Positions 1 to 8,043 of a DNA stretch of 35,556 nucleotides are shown in pieces (within the stretch, counting starts at the first letter, position 1; each line of letters opens with the position of its first letter). Origin of the DNA: a virus (lineage: Duplodnaviria > Caudoviricetes); IMG/VR virus record IMGVR_UViG_3300037296_000054, positions 1 to 35,556 of that record. One strand, 5' to 3'. A program made the translations under genes and the position numbers. Under the pieces are notes generated by a model. It was not told the origin of the DNA, searched no databases, and worked only from the letters and a program-made list of their open reading frames with translations.

Positions 1-2
1 AG

Positions 3-419
3 ATCGGCGCGGCGCTTGGCCTTTCGGTGTCTGGCGTGCGGTATCGGCAAGACCGCCTTGGCCTTCGCCCCGCCGTTGATCGCCCGCGCCCGCATCGCCT
101 AGGCGTGGAGTGGACGCCAGAGGTGCAGGCCCTTTGGGATGGCCCGATGAAGAAAACGGAAATCGCTGCGGCTCTAGGCGTTGGCAAGACTGCACTGACA
201 AGCGCGGCTAAGAGGGCAGGCGTCCCGCCGCGTCCGAACAAGGTGGAGCGGGCAACACCTGCGCCAGTTGACCCAATGGCAGGGCTGACCGCCGCGCAGA
301 TCGCGGACGTGAACACGCTTCGCAAATCCCGCTACACGCTCAAGGAGGCGGTTGCGATGGTGACGGCACCCAAGGCCAAGATACGCCTTGCCACGCCAGC
401 ACACGAGGCCCGCGCATGA
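3..419 (+). CDS. HTH DNA-binding protein with two HTH-like repeats, 5' end outside the window
   Basis: Frame is open from the window start: IGAALGLSVSGVRYRQDRLGL, then KTEIAAALGVGKTALTSAAKRAGV. ATGA overlap with the next gene. Confidence 0.6.
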   Translation: MGAALGLSVSGVRYRQDRLGLRPAVDRPRPHRLGVEWTPEVQALWDGPMKKTEIAAALGVGKTALTSAAKRAGVPPRPNKVERATPAPVDPMAGLTAAQIADVNTLRKSRYTLKEAVAMVTAPKAKIRLATPAHEARA

Positions 420-601
420 AACGTGTTTGGCAATACCTAGATGGTGCAGTGATCGGCGTTCAGATTGGCATCTTGGAGATCGGCAGTGTCCCGTTGCCGT
501 ATTCGCTAAAGGTGACGGTCAATCAGCCTGCCAAGTTTGTCGTGGCGTTTGCGCTTGTCGGCCTGAACGCCGCGTTCGTCATGTCTGGGCTTGGCCTATG
601 A
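416..601 (+). CDS. small membrane protein
   Basis: 61 aa with hydrophobic segments; GAGG SD; ATGA-coupled at both ends. Confidence 0.5.
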   Translation: MKRVWQYLDGAVIGVQIGILEIGSVPLPYSLKVTVNQPAKFVVAFALVGLNAAFVMSGLGL

Positions 602-789
602 CCGCCTTCACAGCCACAACCACAGACGGACAGATCACCGTAGAGGGGACGTGGGTTGACACGTTCCCGGCATCGGATGCCCCGGCCAAGCTGGCGCTGT
701 TTGATGATCTGCACGAACTGCCGGGATACACGCAGGCCGCAACGGCGCTGCGCGAGGCAATCAACGCAACAGAGGAGGGCAGGGGATGA
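598..789 (+). CDS. hypothetical phage protein
   Basis: Internal ATG at 598 (MTAFTATTTDG) overlaps the upstream stop as ATGA and is ATGA-coupled to the gene at 786. Confidence 0.55.
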   Translation: MTAFTATTTDGQITVEGTWVDTFPASDAPAKLALFDDLHELPGYTQAATALREAINATEEGRG

Positions 790-1148
790 CTGACACACGC
801 AAGGACGCGCTGGCCGTGATGATGGACAAAGTGCGCACCGGGACAGCGATTGAGACGGATTTCGCCGAGGCATGGCCCAACGCAACGCAGTCAGAGCATA
901 GCAACGCATGGCTGGCCTACATTGGGTCACTGGATGGAGCTAAACAACTGCATGACGCGGCGTTGCCCGATAGAGGCTGGGAAATTTACCGAACAGCAAA
1001 GTATCCCGGCATGATCCCCGGGTCATCGCCTTACCCGTTTGCGGCGAAAGTAGGATGGGGAACATATCACACAGGTGAGGCCGATACCGCGTCCCGCGCT
1101 TGGTTGATCGCAATCCTGTCGGCCCTGATTGCGCAGGCCCAGCCATGA
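786..1148 (+). CDS. hypothetical phage protein (SLDxA...LP...W motif family)
   Basis: GSLDGAKQLHDAALPDRGW and a C-terminal SRAWLIAILSAL resemble a common small-phage-protein pattern; SD-like GAGGG upstream. Confidence 0.65.
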   Translation: MTDTRKDALAVMMDKVRTGTAIETDFAEAWPNATQSEHSNAWLAYIGSLDGAKQLHDAALPDRGWEIYRTAKYPGMIPGSSPYPFAAKVGWGTYHTGEADTASRAWLIAILSALIAQAQP

Positions 1149-1219
1149 CCACCCGCCACCAGCTATCCGCCGCAATCCTACACGGTGGCACGCGCTTGTC
1201 ACGTTGGCGGGCGGAAGTT

Positions 1220-1516
1220 TTAGGGACGGACAACGCTGCGCGCGCTAATCTGTGACCCCTCGCAAATCATGCGCCACAACTCAATGTCCAGCGTTCCTGA
1301 CACGTCATCACGAGCGCTGGCATCCGCCACGCCAACGAAATACGCCACAACCTCGCGGGCAACAATTTCCGCCTCGTCCGCTGGCAGGTTCAACGGGTTT
1401 TCGCCATAGGCATATGCAACCGCGATGTCGCACGTCTGACCGCCAAGGATTTGCAGCCCAGTCTGGCCCTGCGCTTGTGTGGCAAAGATAGTGGCTGCGA
1501 GTATAGCTAGACGCAT
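1220..1516 (-). CDS. putative secreted/periplasmic protein (moron-like, opposite strand)
   Basis: ATG at 1516 gives MRLAILAATIFATQAQG, a signal-peptide-like N-terminus; AGGA SD upstream; 98 aa. Confidence 0.55.
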   Translation of the reverse strand: MRLAILAATIFATQAQGQTGLQILGGQTCDIAVAYAYGENPLNLPADEAEIVAREVVAYFVGVADASARDDVSGTLDIELWRMICEGSQISARSVVRP

Positions 1517-1586
1517 CGGGCAATCCTGTGTATGGTAAAGCCAATTTACCGCACAAGCAGCAGGTAGCACAACGGAATCGTGAAAA

Positions 1587-1973
1587 ATGCCAAAGGCAAT
1601 CCTATACACTGACAAAGTGGGCGATGCGATCTGTGAGCAGCTTGCAGAAGGTAAGTCGCTGGTCAAAATCCTCAAGTCGCCAAAGATGCCATCTTACTCG
1701 ACCGTGATGAAATGGTTGCGTTTGAATGATGAATTTGCAAAGAGTTACGCGCACGCGCGCGAGGACAGCGCAGACAACGACTTTGACAACGTGCGTGACA
1801 TTGGTGAACAGGTGCGGGCAGGATTGATTGACCCGTCTGCCGCGCGGGTTGCGATTGACGCACTCAAGTGGACCGCTGGCCAGATGCGCCCCAAAAAATA
1901 TGGCAACCATTTGGACGTGGACATGAAAGCCGCATTCAACGTCACCATCTCAGGTGACGACGCAGACCTGTGA
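1587..1973 (+). CDS. terS: terminase small subunit (Sf6/P22-like)
   Basis: AICEQLAEGKSLVKIL..MPSYSTVMKWL..F...YAHARE and ARVAIDALKW...PKKYG patterns; GTGA overlap with terL. Confidence 0.9.
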   Translation: MPKAILYTDKVGDAICEQLAEGKSLVKILKSPKMPSYSTVMKWLRLNDEFAKSYAHAREDSADNDFDNVRDIGEQVRAGLIDPSAARVAIDALKWTAGQMRPKKYGNHLDVDMKAAFNVTISGDDADL

Positions 1974-4900
1974 CATTCAGCCTGACGCCTAAGCAGCAAG
2001 AGGTTCGCCGCATCTTTGCGACTGCGGCTCGTTATGTGCTGGTCTACGGGGGTTCACGCTGCGTGTCCGGCGATACAGTGTTAGACGGCCAGCGCTTCAC
2101 GATTGCAGAACTCGCCGCTATCGGGAAGCCCGTCAAGGTCAGAACGTCGCACGGATCGCAATGGGCAGGCGCGCCGTATCGCAAGGGCGCGGTTGAACTG
2201 TTGCGGGTTGAGACTGACGACGGGCGCGTGGTGTCCGTGACGCCAGATCATCGATTCTGGGATGGGGCCGGATGGATTGCGGCCAAGGATATTATGGCCG
2301 GGGATGCTTTGGCGGTCGCCCAGTCATCCTCGCCTTCCCCTCGTCCGACCAGTTCGGCACCTTCCCTGCCAGTGTTTCGGCGAGGTGTTCCGCGTTCGAT
2401 GCAAACACGTCCAGATTGTCGGGATGATTGTTCGCCACGTCACCATCTATGTGATGGACAACCTCGCCCGGCATCAAGTCGCGGCCTAGTTTATCGTGCA
2501 TCACTATTCGATGCGTTGGAGCATATCCCCGCTTATCTCCATGCCGCAGCGCGCGAATTAGGTATCCATACGGGCCATCAGCATCAACCCGTTGGAGTTG
2601 ATAGCCAGACCTATCTAGCGTCACCCCGCCCTGCCACGACGGGTGATTTTCCATGGATTGATCTTGGCGCACAATCTCTAGCGACCGTCGCCGCGCGAAT
2701 TTGCGGATGGTTTCAGGGAACACACCGAACCGCGCAGCCAGAGCATCGGCAGTCTGCCCCTGCGCAATCAGGCGTTCAAGTTCCGCATAGTTTTGACGGC
2801 CAATCCTGCCAGTTGTTCGTTCCAAAGTCAGATACCCCCTGCGTGTCCGGCTATGATGTTCGCCGCGTTACCTGCATAACACGAACCGCCAAACAAGACT
2901 ACTACACTTTGCACGTCCCCGGCTGCGCGCAGTATTTTGCGAACGGAATGCTGCACCACAATTCTGGCAAGACGTTTTTCATCATTTACGCAATTATAAC
3001 TCGGATGCTCAAAGCGCCGGGGTCGCGTCATGTTGTCTTTCGGCAAGATGGCGTGGATGCCAAGCAGTCAATCGGCAATGAAACCGTTCCCGCTGTTATC
3101 GCGCTTGCGTATCCAGGATTGGAACTTAAGTGGCGCGAGAAGGATGGCTACTATGAGGCACCAAACGGATCGCAGTTGTGGCTTGCCGGTCTGAAAGACA
3201 AGGAACGCCTAGACAAGGTTCTCGGCAAGGAGTTCGTCACGATCTACTTGAACGAGGCCAGCCAGATCACGCTTGAGGCGCTGCGTGTGGTGCTGACCCG
3301 ATTAGCGCAGGTTGTCATGCAGACGGACGGGCGCAAGCTGACACAAAAGCTGTATGTTGACCTTAACCCGACAGTTGCTGCGCACTGGACCTACCAGATG
3401 TGGATATTGGGCTTGCGTCCCGATGATAGCACAAAAATCAGCGACCCCGAAAATTACGCCAGCATCACAATCAACCCTGCTGACAACGCGGCCAACCTAG
3501 ATCCGATCTACATCGAGAGCTTGGCAAACATGCCGGAACGGATGCGCCGCCGCTTCTATGACGGTGCGTTTACTGCTGACGATGATAACGCAATATGGCG
3601 GCGGTCCTATATCCAGTACGACGCGCTGCCTACCATGTCGCGGATTGTGGTTTCTATCGACCCCGCCACCACGTCCGAAGTCGGGTCTGACCTTACCGGC
3701 ATTATCGTGGCTGGCATTGGTGCGGATGGGCGCGGCTATGTCATCGCGGACGAGTCCGGCAAATATCGACCGGAGGAGTGGGCGCGCCGCGCTGTTTCGC
3801 TGTATGATACCTACGACGCCGACTGCATCGTGGCGGAAAAGAACCAAGGCGGCGACATGGTGGAAAGCATGGTCAAGGCCGCAGCCAAGGGTCGCACTGT
3901 GCCTTATCACGGGGTTACGGCCACAAGGGCAAAGCATATCCGGGCCGAGCCTGTTGCCGCGCTGTATGAGCAAGGCCGCGTCCGTCATGCCGAGGCGTTC
4001 CCTGAGCTTGAGGATGAGATGTGCTTTGTCGCAGGAACGCTTGTCGAGACAAACACAGGACAGGTTGCAATTGAGAACGTAAGGGCTGGGGATATGGTCT
4101 TGACCCGCGCCGGATTCCGTAAGGTTGAAGTTGCATGCAAAACAGGGACGGCGTATAGTGTGGTTGACATTGCGTCTCAGGACGGAAGGGCAATCACATG
4201 CACGGAAAATCATCCAATTTTCATACGGGACAAGTTTGTTCCTGCGTCAAGTGTTCGACCTGGCGACGTCCTGTTCGGAAGCCCCAACTGGGCGTCAACG
4301 GGGAGCCTATTGCTTGGCGGGGGCGCTGGTATCACAGAACAGTATCAGGACACTTCAAGCATGCTAAAGGGCCTTTGCTGCACAGGCTTATCTGGGAATC
4401 CCACGTCGGCCCGATCACGGACGGGAACCACATTCACCACAAAAACTCTGATCCGGGCGACAACCGCTTGGAAAACCTTGAGAGCCTATCTGCGGCAGAG
4501 CACTATGCTAAGCACGATCCTCGCGGGTGGCATGGCGACCCTAGTAAAAGTGGGGGCGGTGCTGAATCATGGGTGGGGCGTGTCTGGCACGACAAAGCAT
4601 GCGCGCATTGTGGGTCAGCGTACAAAACGCCATATCCGAACAAATCTCTGTTCTGTTCTGCCCCTTGCGGGCAAAGAGCAAGATCTGCTGCAAAAGTTGT
4701 GGAGCGTGGATGCACCCATTGTGGGAACGCCTATGAGGCACGCGATCCAAGGAGAAAGTATTGCAGTAGCGCATGTAACGACGCGGCGTATCATGCCCGC
4801 AAGCGTCTACAACTTAAAGGTTGAGGGTTTGCCGGAGTTTTTTGCCAATGGCATTCTAACGCACAACTGCGCGTTCACCGTCGGGTTCGACCGCAAGGCG

Positions 4901-5029
4901 CAAGGCTATTCCCCCGACCGTGTTGACGCGCTGGTCTGGGCATTTACCGATCTATTCCCCGCCATGACGCGCAAGCCGAAGCGCGCCGCTGCTGTATATG
5001 TGCCGCTGAATAACCCGATGGCGGGTTGA
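1970..5029 (+). CDS. terL: terminase large subunit precursor with two inteins (mature protein ~436 aa)
   Basis: Removing intein 1 restores Walker A GGSR|SGKT. Walker B IYLNEASQ, coupling motif DLNP, nuclease motifs VSIDPA, AEKNQGG and SPDRVDALVWA are present. Confidence 0.95.
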   Translation: MTFSLTPKQQEVRRIFATAARYVLVYGGSRCVSGDTVLDGQRFTIAELAAIGKPVKVRTSHGSQWAGAPYRKGAVELLRVETDDGRVVSVTPDHRFWDGAGWIAAKDIMAGDALAVAQSSSPSPRPTSSAPSLPVFRRGVPRSMQTRPDCRDDCSPRHHLCDGQPRPASSRGLVYRASLFDALEHIPAYLHAAARELGIHTGHQHQPVGVDSQTYLASPRPATTGDFPWIDLGAQSLATVAARICGWFQGTHRTAQPEHRQSAPAQSGVQVPHSFDGQSCQLFVPKSDTPCVSGYDVRRVTCITRTAKQDYYTLHVPGCAQYFANGMLHHNSGKTFFIIYAIITRMLKAPGSRHVVFRQDGVDAKQSIGNETVPAVIALAYPGLELKWREKDGYYEAPNGSQLWLAGLKDKERLDKVLGKEFVTIYLNEASQITLEALRVVLTRLAQVVMQTDGRKLTQKLYVDLNPTVAAHWTYQMWILGLRPDDSTKISDPENYASITINPADNAANLDPIYIESLANMPERMRRRFYDGAFTADDDNAIWRRSYIQYDALPTMSRIVVSIDPATTSEVGSDLTGIIVAGIGADGRGYVIADESGKYRPEEWARRAVSLYDTYDADCIVAEKNQGGDMVESMVKAAAKGRTVPYHGVTATRAKHIRAEPVAALYEQGRVRHAEAFPELEDEMCFVAGTLVETNTGQVAIENVRAGDMVLTRAGFRKVEVACKTGTAYSVVDIASQDGRAITCTENHPIFIRDKFVPASSVRPGDVLFGSPNWASTGSLLLGGGAGITEQYQDTSSMLKGLCCTGLSGNPTSARSRTGTTFTTKTLIRATTAWKTLRAYLRQSTMLSTILAGGMATLVKVGAVLNHGWGVSGTTKHARIVGQRTKRHIRTNLCSVLPLAGKEQDLLQKLWSVDAPIVGTPMRHAIQGESIAVAHVTTRRIMPASVYNLKVEGLPEFFANGILTHNCAFTVGFDRKAQGYSPDRVDALVWAFTDLFPAMTRKPKRAAAVYVPLNNPMAG
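2060..2962 (+). mobile_element. intein 1 in the TerL Walker A loop (301 aa)
   Basis: Cys1 CVSGDT, block B VTPDHRF, block F/G YYTLHVPGCAQYFANGMLHHN, followed by Ser+1. Confidence 0.93.
2292..2825 (-). CDS. HNH homing endonuclease encoded antisense inside intein 1
   Basis: N-terminal HTH (ADALAARFGVFPETIRKFARR), ENHPSWQGG motif, HNH core HRIVMHDKLGRDLMPGEVVHHIDGDVANNHPDNL. TTG start preceded by AGGGGG SD on the minus strand. Confidence 0.88.
   Translation of the reverse strand: MERTTGRIGRQNYAELERLIAQGQTADALAARFGVFPETIRKFARRRSLEIVRQDQSMENHPSWQGGVTLDRSGYQLQRVDADGPYGYLIRALRHGDKRGYAPTHRIVMHDKLGRDLMPGEVVHHIDGDVANNHPDNLDVFASNAEHLAETLAGKVPNWSDEGKARMTGRPPKHPRP
4022..4867 (+). mobile_element. intein 2 in the TerL nuclease domain (282 aa)
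   Basis: Cys1 CFVAGTLV, block B CTENHPIF, block F/G VYNLKVEGLPEFFANGILTHN, followed by Cys+1; spliced junction LEDEM|CAF. Confidence 0.93.
4198..4824 (+). CDS. HNH endonuclease with two C-terminal Cys4 zinc-finger repeats, in the -1 frame inside intein 2
   Basis: LHRLIWESHVGPITDGNHIHHKNSDPGDNRLENL; CAHC..FCSAPC and CTHC..YCSSAC. GGAAGGG lies 7 nt before ATG 4198; the true start is uncertain. Confidence 0.87.
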   Translation: MHGKSSNFHTGQVCSCVKCSTWRRPVRKPQLGVNGEPIAWRGRWYHRTVSGHFKHAKGPLLHRLIWESHVGPITDGNHIHHKNSDPGDNRLENLESLSAAEHYAKHDPRGWHGDPSKSGGGAESWVGRVWHDKACAHCGSAYKTPYPNKSLFCSAPCGQRARSAAKVVERGCTHCGNAYEARDPRRKYCSSACNDAAYHARKRLQLKG

Positions 5030-5101
5030 CAAAAGCACATTACCTTTACCTAGCGGGCTAACGGTGCTATCTAGGCGGAAATATCCCACTTGAGGTGAGC
5101 C

Positions 5102-7198
5102 GTGGCCCGTCAATCTAAAGCTGATAAATGGTCAAAGGTTCACGCTGACGCGCTGGCCGAGTTTTCCAATATCGAATCCGCAGCGCACGACGAACGGCAG
5201 CAGGCCGTCGAGGACCGCCGCTTCTACAGCTTGGCTGGCGCACAATGGGCTGGCCCGCTTGGCGAGCAGTATGAAAACCGCGTTCGCCTTGAGATTAACA
5301 AGGTTCACCTGGCGTTGATCCGTATCATCAATGAATATCGGAACAACCGGATATCAGTCCAGTTTGTCAGCAAGTCTGGCGAGGCTGACGACGATCTGGC
5401 CGACCTTTGCGCGGGATTGTATCGCGCCGATGAGCAGGACAGCGAAGCTGACGAGGCATTTGATAACGCCTTTGAGGAGGCGCTGGGCGGGGGATTTGGC
5501 GCGTATCGCCTGCGGACTGAATACGAGGACGACGAGGACGACGAGGACGACCGCCAGCGCATCCGCCTAGAGCCGATCTATGACGCGGACACCTGCGTTT
5601 ACTTCGACCTGAACGCCAAGCGGCAAGACAAGTCCGACGCCAAGTCGTGCTTTGTGCTGACCGCAATGTCGCCCGCCGCCTATGAGGACGCTTGGGGCGA
5701 TAACCCCGCGACGTGGCCGAAAGACATGACGTCCAACGGTAGCTTTATGTGGTGCACCCCGGAGGCCGTCTATGTAGCCGAAGTCTACCGCGTTGAGGAG
5801 GTTAGCGAAACGGTCCAGACGTGGCTGCACCTTGACGGGTCCGAGGAGCGCACGGTGCTAGACGACGACACTGACGCCGCGTCAGAGATGACCTCGCTGG
5901 GGGCTGTCTGGCTGCGTGACAAGCAGGTGAAGCGCCGGAAGGTTCGCAAGTGGATTATGTCGGGCGGCAAAGTGCTGTCTGATGAGGGCTATATCGCTGG
6001 CAACCTAATCCCGATCATCCCTGTATATGGCAAGCGATGGTTTGTAGATAACGTTGAGCGATTCATGGGCCATGTTCGTTTGGCCAAGGATGCCCAGCGC
6101 CTGCTCAACATGCAGATGTCTGGCCTTGCCGAGATTAGCGCCAAGTCGCCCATTGAAAAGCCGATCTTTTTGGCTGAACAAATGGCTGGCCACGAACGGA
6201 TGTGGGCAGACGATCCGGTCAAGAACTATGCCTATATGCTGGTCAACCCGATTGAGGATGCGTCCGGCAATGAAATGCCTTCCGGCCCTGTCGGATACAC
6301 TAAGCCACCCGCTGTTCCGCCTGCCATGGCTGCACTGTTGCAGCTTGCTGACCAATCCGTCCGCGACATTCTGGGCAACCAGGAACAGGGCGACGAGATG
6401 CAGGCTAATCAGTCGGGCATCGCCGTGGAGGCCGTGCAGAAGCGGCTGGACATGCAAACCGAGATTTACCTGTCCAACTTCGCCAAGGCCATGAAGCGCA
6501 CTGGCGAGGTGTGGCTGTCGATGGCAAAAGACGTGCTGGTCGAAAAAGGCCGCAAGATGAAAACCGTCGGCGTGTCCGGCGAGTCTGAAATGGCAGAGAT
6601 TTACAGCGCCCCCAAGACTGACATCAAGACGGGCGACATCCACTACCAGAACGATATGAGCCGCGCCAAGTTTGACGTTGCCGTAACCGTCGGCCCATCG
6701 TCCACGTCCAAGCGCCAAGCAACTGTGCGCAGCCTCACAACCATGATGCAGATGACCGCTGACCCTGAGATGCAGATGGTTCTCGGCTCTATGGCGCTGA
6801 TGAACATGGAGGGCGAAGGCATTAGCGACGTGCGCCGGTATGCGCGCAAGAAGCTGGTTGCAATGGGCGTCATTGATCCGACCGAGGACGAAAAGGCCGA
6901 GATGGAAGAAGCCGCAGCCAACCAGCAACCGGACGCAAACGCCGCGCTGTTGCTGGCATCCGCCGAGGAGGCTATGGCTAAGGCCGAGAAGGTTAAAGCC
7001 GAAACGCAGAAGGTTGTCGCGGAGATTGACGAAACCCACGCAGATACGGCATACTCTACCGCACGCGCAATCAAGACTTTGGAAGAAGCCAGAGACTTAG
7101 GCGCTACAGAATTACCCGGTGCTGGCGAGGAACTTTCCGCCGCACCGACACAACGGCCAGCCGCCCAGCCGATCCAACCGGGTGAGATTACGGGGTAA
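5102..7198 (+). CDS. portal protein (P22 gp1-like)
   Basis: 698 aa after terL; GAQW, INKV, YRADEQDS, G.VRLAKDAQRL.N, SGIAV and long helical C-terminal barrel typical of P22-family portals. Confidence 0.93.
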   Translation: MARQSKADKWSKVHADALAEFSNIESAAHDERQQAVEDRRFYSLAGAQWAGPLGEQYENRVRLEINKVHLALIRIINEYRNNRISVQFVSKSGEADDDLADLCAGLYRADEQDSEADEAFDNAFEEALGGGFGAYRLRTEYEDDEDDEDDRQRIRLEPIYDADTCVYFDLNAKRQDKSDAKSCFVLTAMSPAAYEDAWGDNPATWPKDMTSNGSFMWCTPEAVYVAEVYRVEEVSETVQTWLHLDGSEERTVLDDDTDAASEMTSLGAVWLRDKQVKRRKVRKWIMSGGKVLSDEGYIAGNLIPIIPVYGKRWFVDNVERFMGHVRLAKDAQRLLNMQMSGLAEISAKSPIEKPIFLAEQMAGHERMWADDPVKNYAYMLVNPIEDASGNEMPSGPVGYTKPPAVPPAMAALLQLADQSVRDILGNQEQGDEMQANQSGIAVEAVQKRLDMQTEIYLSNFAKAMKRTGEVWLSMAKDVLVEKGRKMKTVGVSGESEMAEIYSAPKTDIKTGDIHYQNDMSRAKFDVAVTVGPSSTSKRQATVRSLTTMMQMTADPEMQMVLGSMALMNMEGEGISDVRRYARKKLVAMGVIDPTEDEKAEMEEAAANQQPDANAALLLASAEEAMAKAEKVKAETQKVVAEIDETHADTAYSTARAIKTLEEARDLGATELPGAGEELSAAPTQRPAAQPIQPGEITG

Positions 7199-7201
7199 GA
7201 C

Positions 7202-8032
7202 ATGACAGAATTTGCGGAACAAGAACTGGTTGACGACATCGACGGCGAACTGCCTGATGATGACGTGTCCGACGTTGATGACGTAGCGGAGCCGGTCGAG
7301 GGTGAACAACCCGAAGCTGAGGCCGAGGCGGATGACGACGGCGAAGTTGAGGTGACATTTGGGGATGCGGCACCGGCGGATGAAACCGCCGAGGAGACGC
7401 CGGTTATCCGTGAAATGCGCCGGAAGCTGCGCGAAGCTGAAAAGGAACGCAAGGCACTGCAAAAGCAGATCGCCGAACGTGACGGGCCAGCAAAGGACAG
7501 CCTGCGCGAAAAGCCGACACTGGCAGCGCACGATTACGACCAAGATGCGTTTGAGGCCGACCTTCTAAAATGGGCCGAGGACAAGCGCGACCATGAAACC
7601 AAGGCTAAGGCCGTGACGCAGGAATGGGACCAAAAGGTTCAAAGCTACGTCAAAGCCAAGGCGTCCTTGAAGGCATCGGACTACCCCGAAGCCGAGGCAG
7701 CATTCATGGCCGAAATCGACGCCAATCGTCAGGGTATGCTGCTTGACGCAGTTGAGCGTCCTGAGTTGGTGATCCTTGCATTGGGCCGCAACCCTGAAAA
7801 GCTGGCAGAAATTGCCGCCATTACGAACCCCGTGAAATATGCCGCAGCGTTGGCACGATTGGAGACACAGATGAAAGTCGGCAAACGCAAGGCACCCGCA
7901 CCCGAGCGCAAGGTTGTAGGTTCGACAACGGGCAGCACTGTCCCGAACCGCACCCTTGAGCAATTGGAAGCCGAGGCACTCCGCACCGGCGACCGCACCA
8001 AGGTTCTGGCATTTAAGCGGAATCAGAAATAG
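7202..8032 (+). CDS. scaffolding protein
   Basis: Acidic N-terminus, coiled coil, KPTL..HDYD motif; lies between portal and coat. Confidence 0.85.
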   Translation: MTEFAEQELVDDIDGELPDDDVSDVDDVAEPVEGEQPEAEAEADDDGEVEVTFGDAAPADETAEETPVIREMRRKLREAEKERKALQKQIAERDGPAKDSLREKPTLAAHDYDQDAFEADLLKWAEDKRDHETKAKAVTQEWDQKVQSYVKAKASLKASDYPEAEAAFMAEIDANRQGMLLDAVERPELVILALGRNPEKLAEIAAITNPVKYAAALARLETQMKVGKRKAPAPERKVVGSTTGSTVPNRTLEQLEAEALRTGDRTKVLAFKRNQK

Positions 8033-8043
8033 GATCACTGGAA

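Noticed and set aside
4164-4197. TTGACA just upstream of the HNH ORF in intein 2
   Set aside because: No matching -10 element at canonical spacing; cannot be called a promoter.
3497-4213. 238-aa minus-strand ORF and 174-aa alternate-frame ORF over the TerL extein
   Set aside because: No recognisable domain; they overlap conserved terminase sequence.
2060-4867. Group I intron interpretation of the terL insertions
   Set aside because: Both insertions keep the frame and have complete intein blocks (Cys1, TxxH, HN followed by Ser/Cys), so protein splicing is sufficient.
5026-5101. TTGACA upstream of the portal gene
   Set aside because: No acceptable -10 box at 16-18 bp.
5526-5552. GAGGACGAC x3 in the portal gene
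   Set aside because: Encodes an ordinary acidic loop (EDD repeats).
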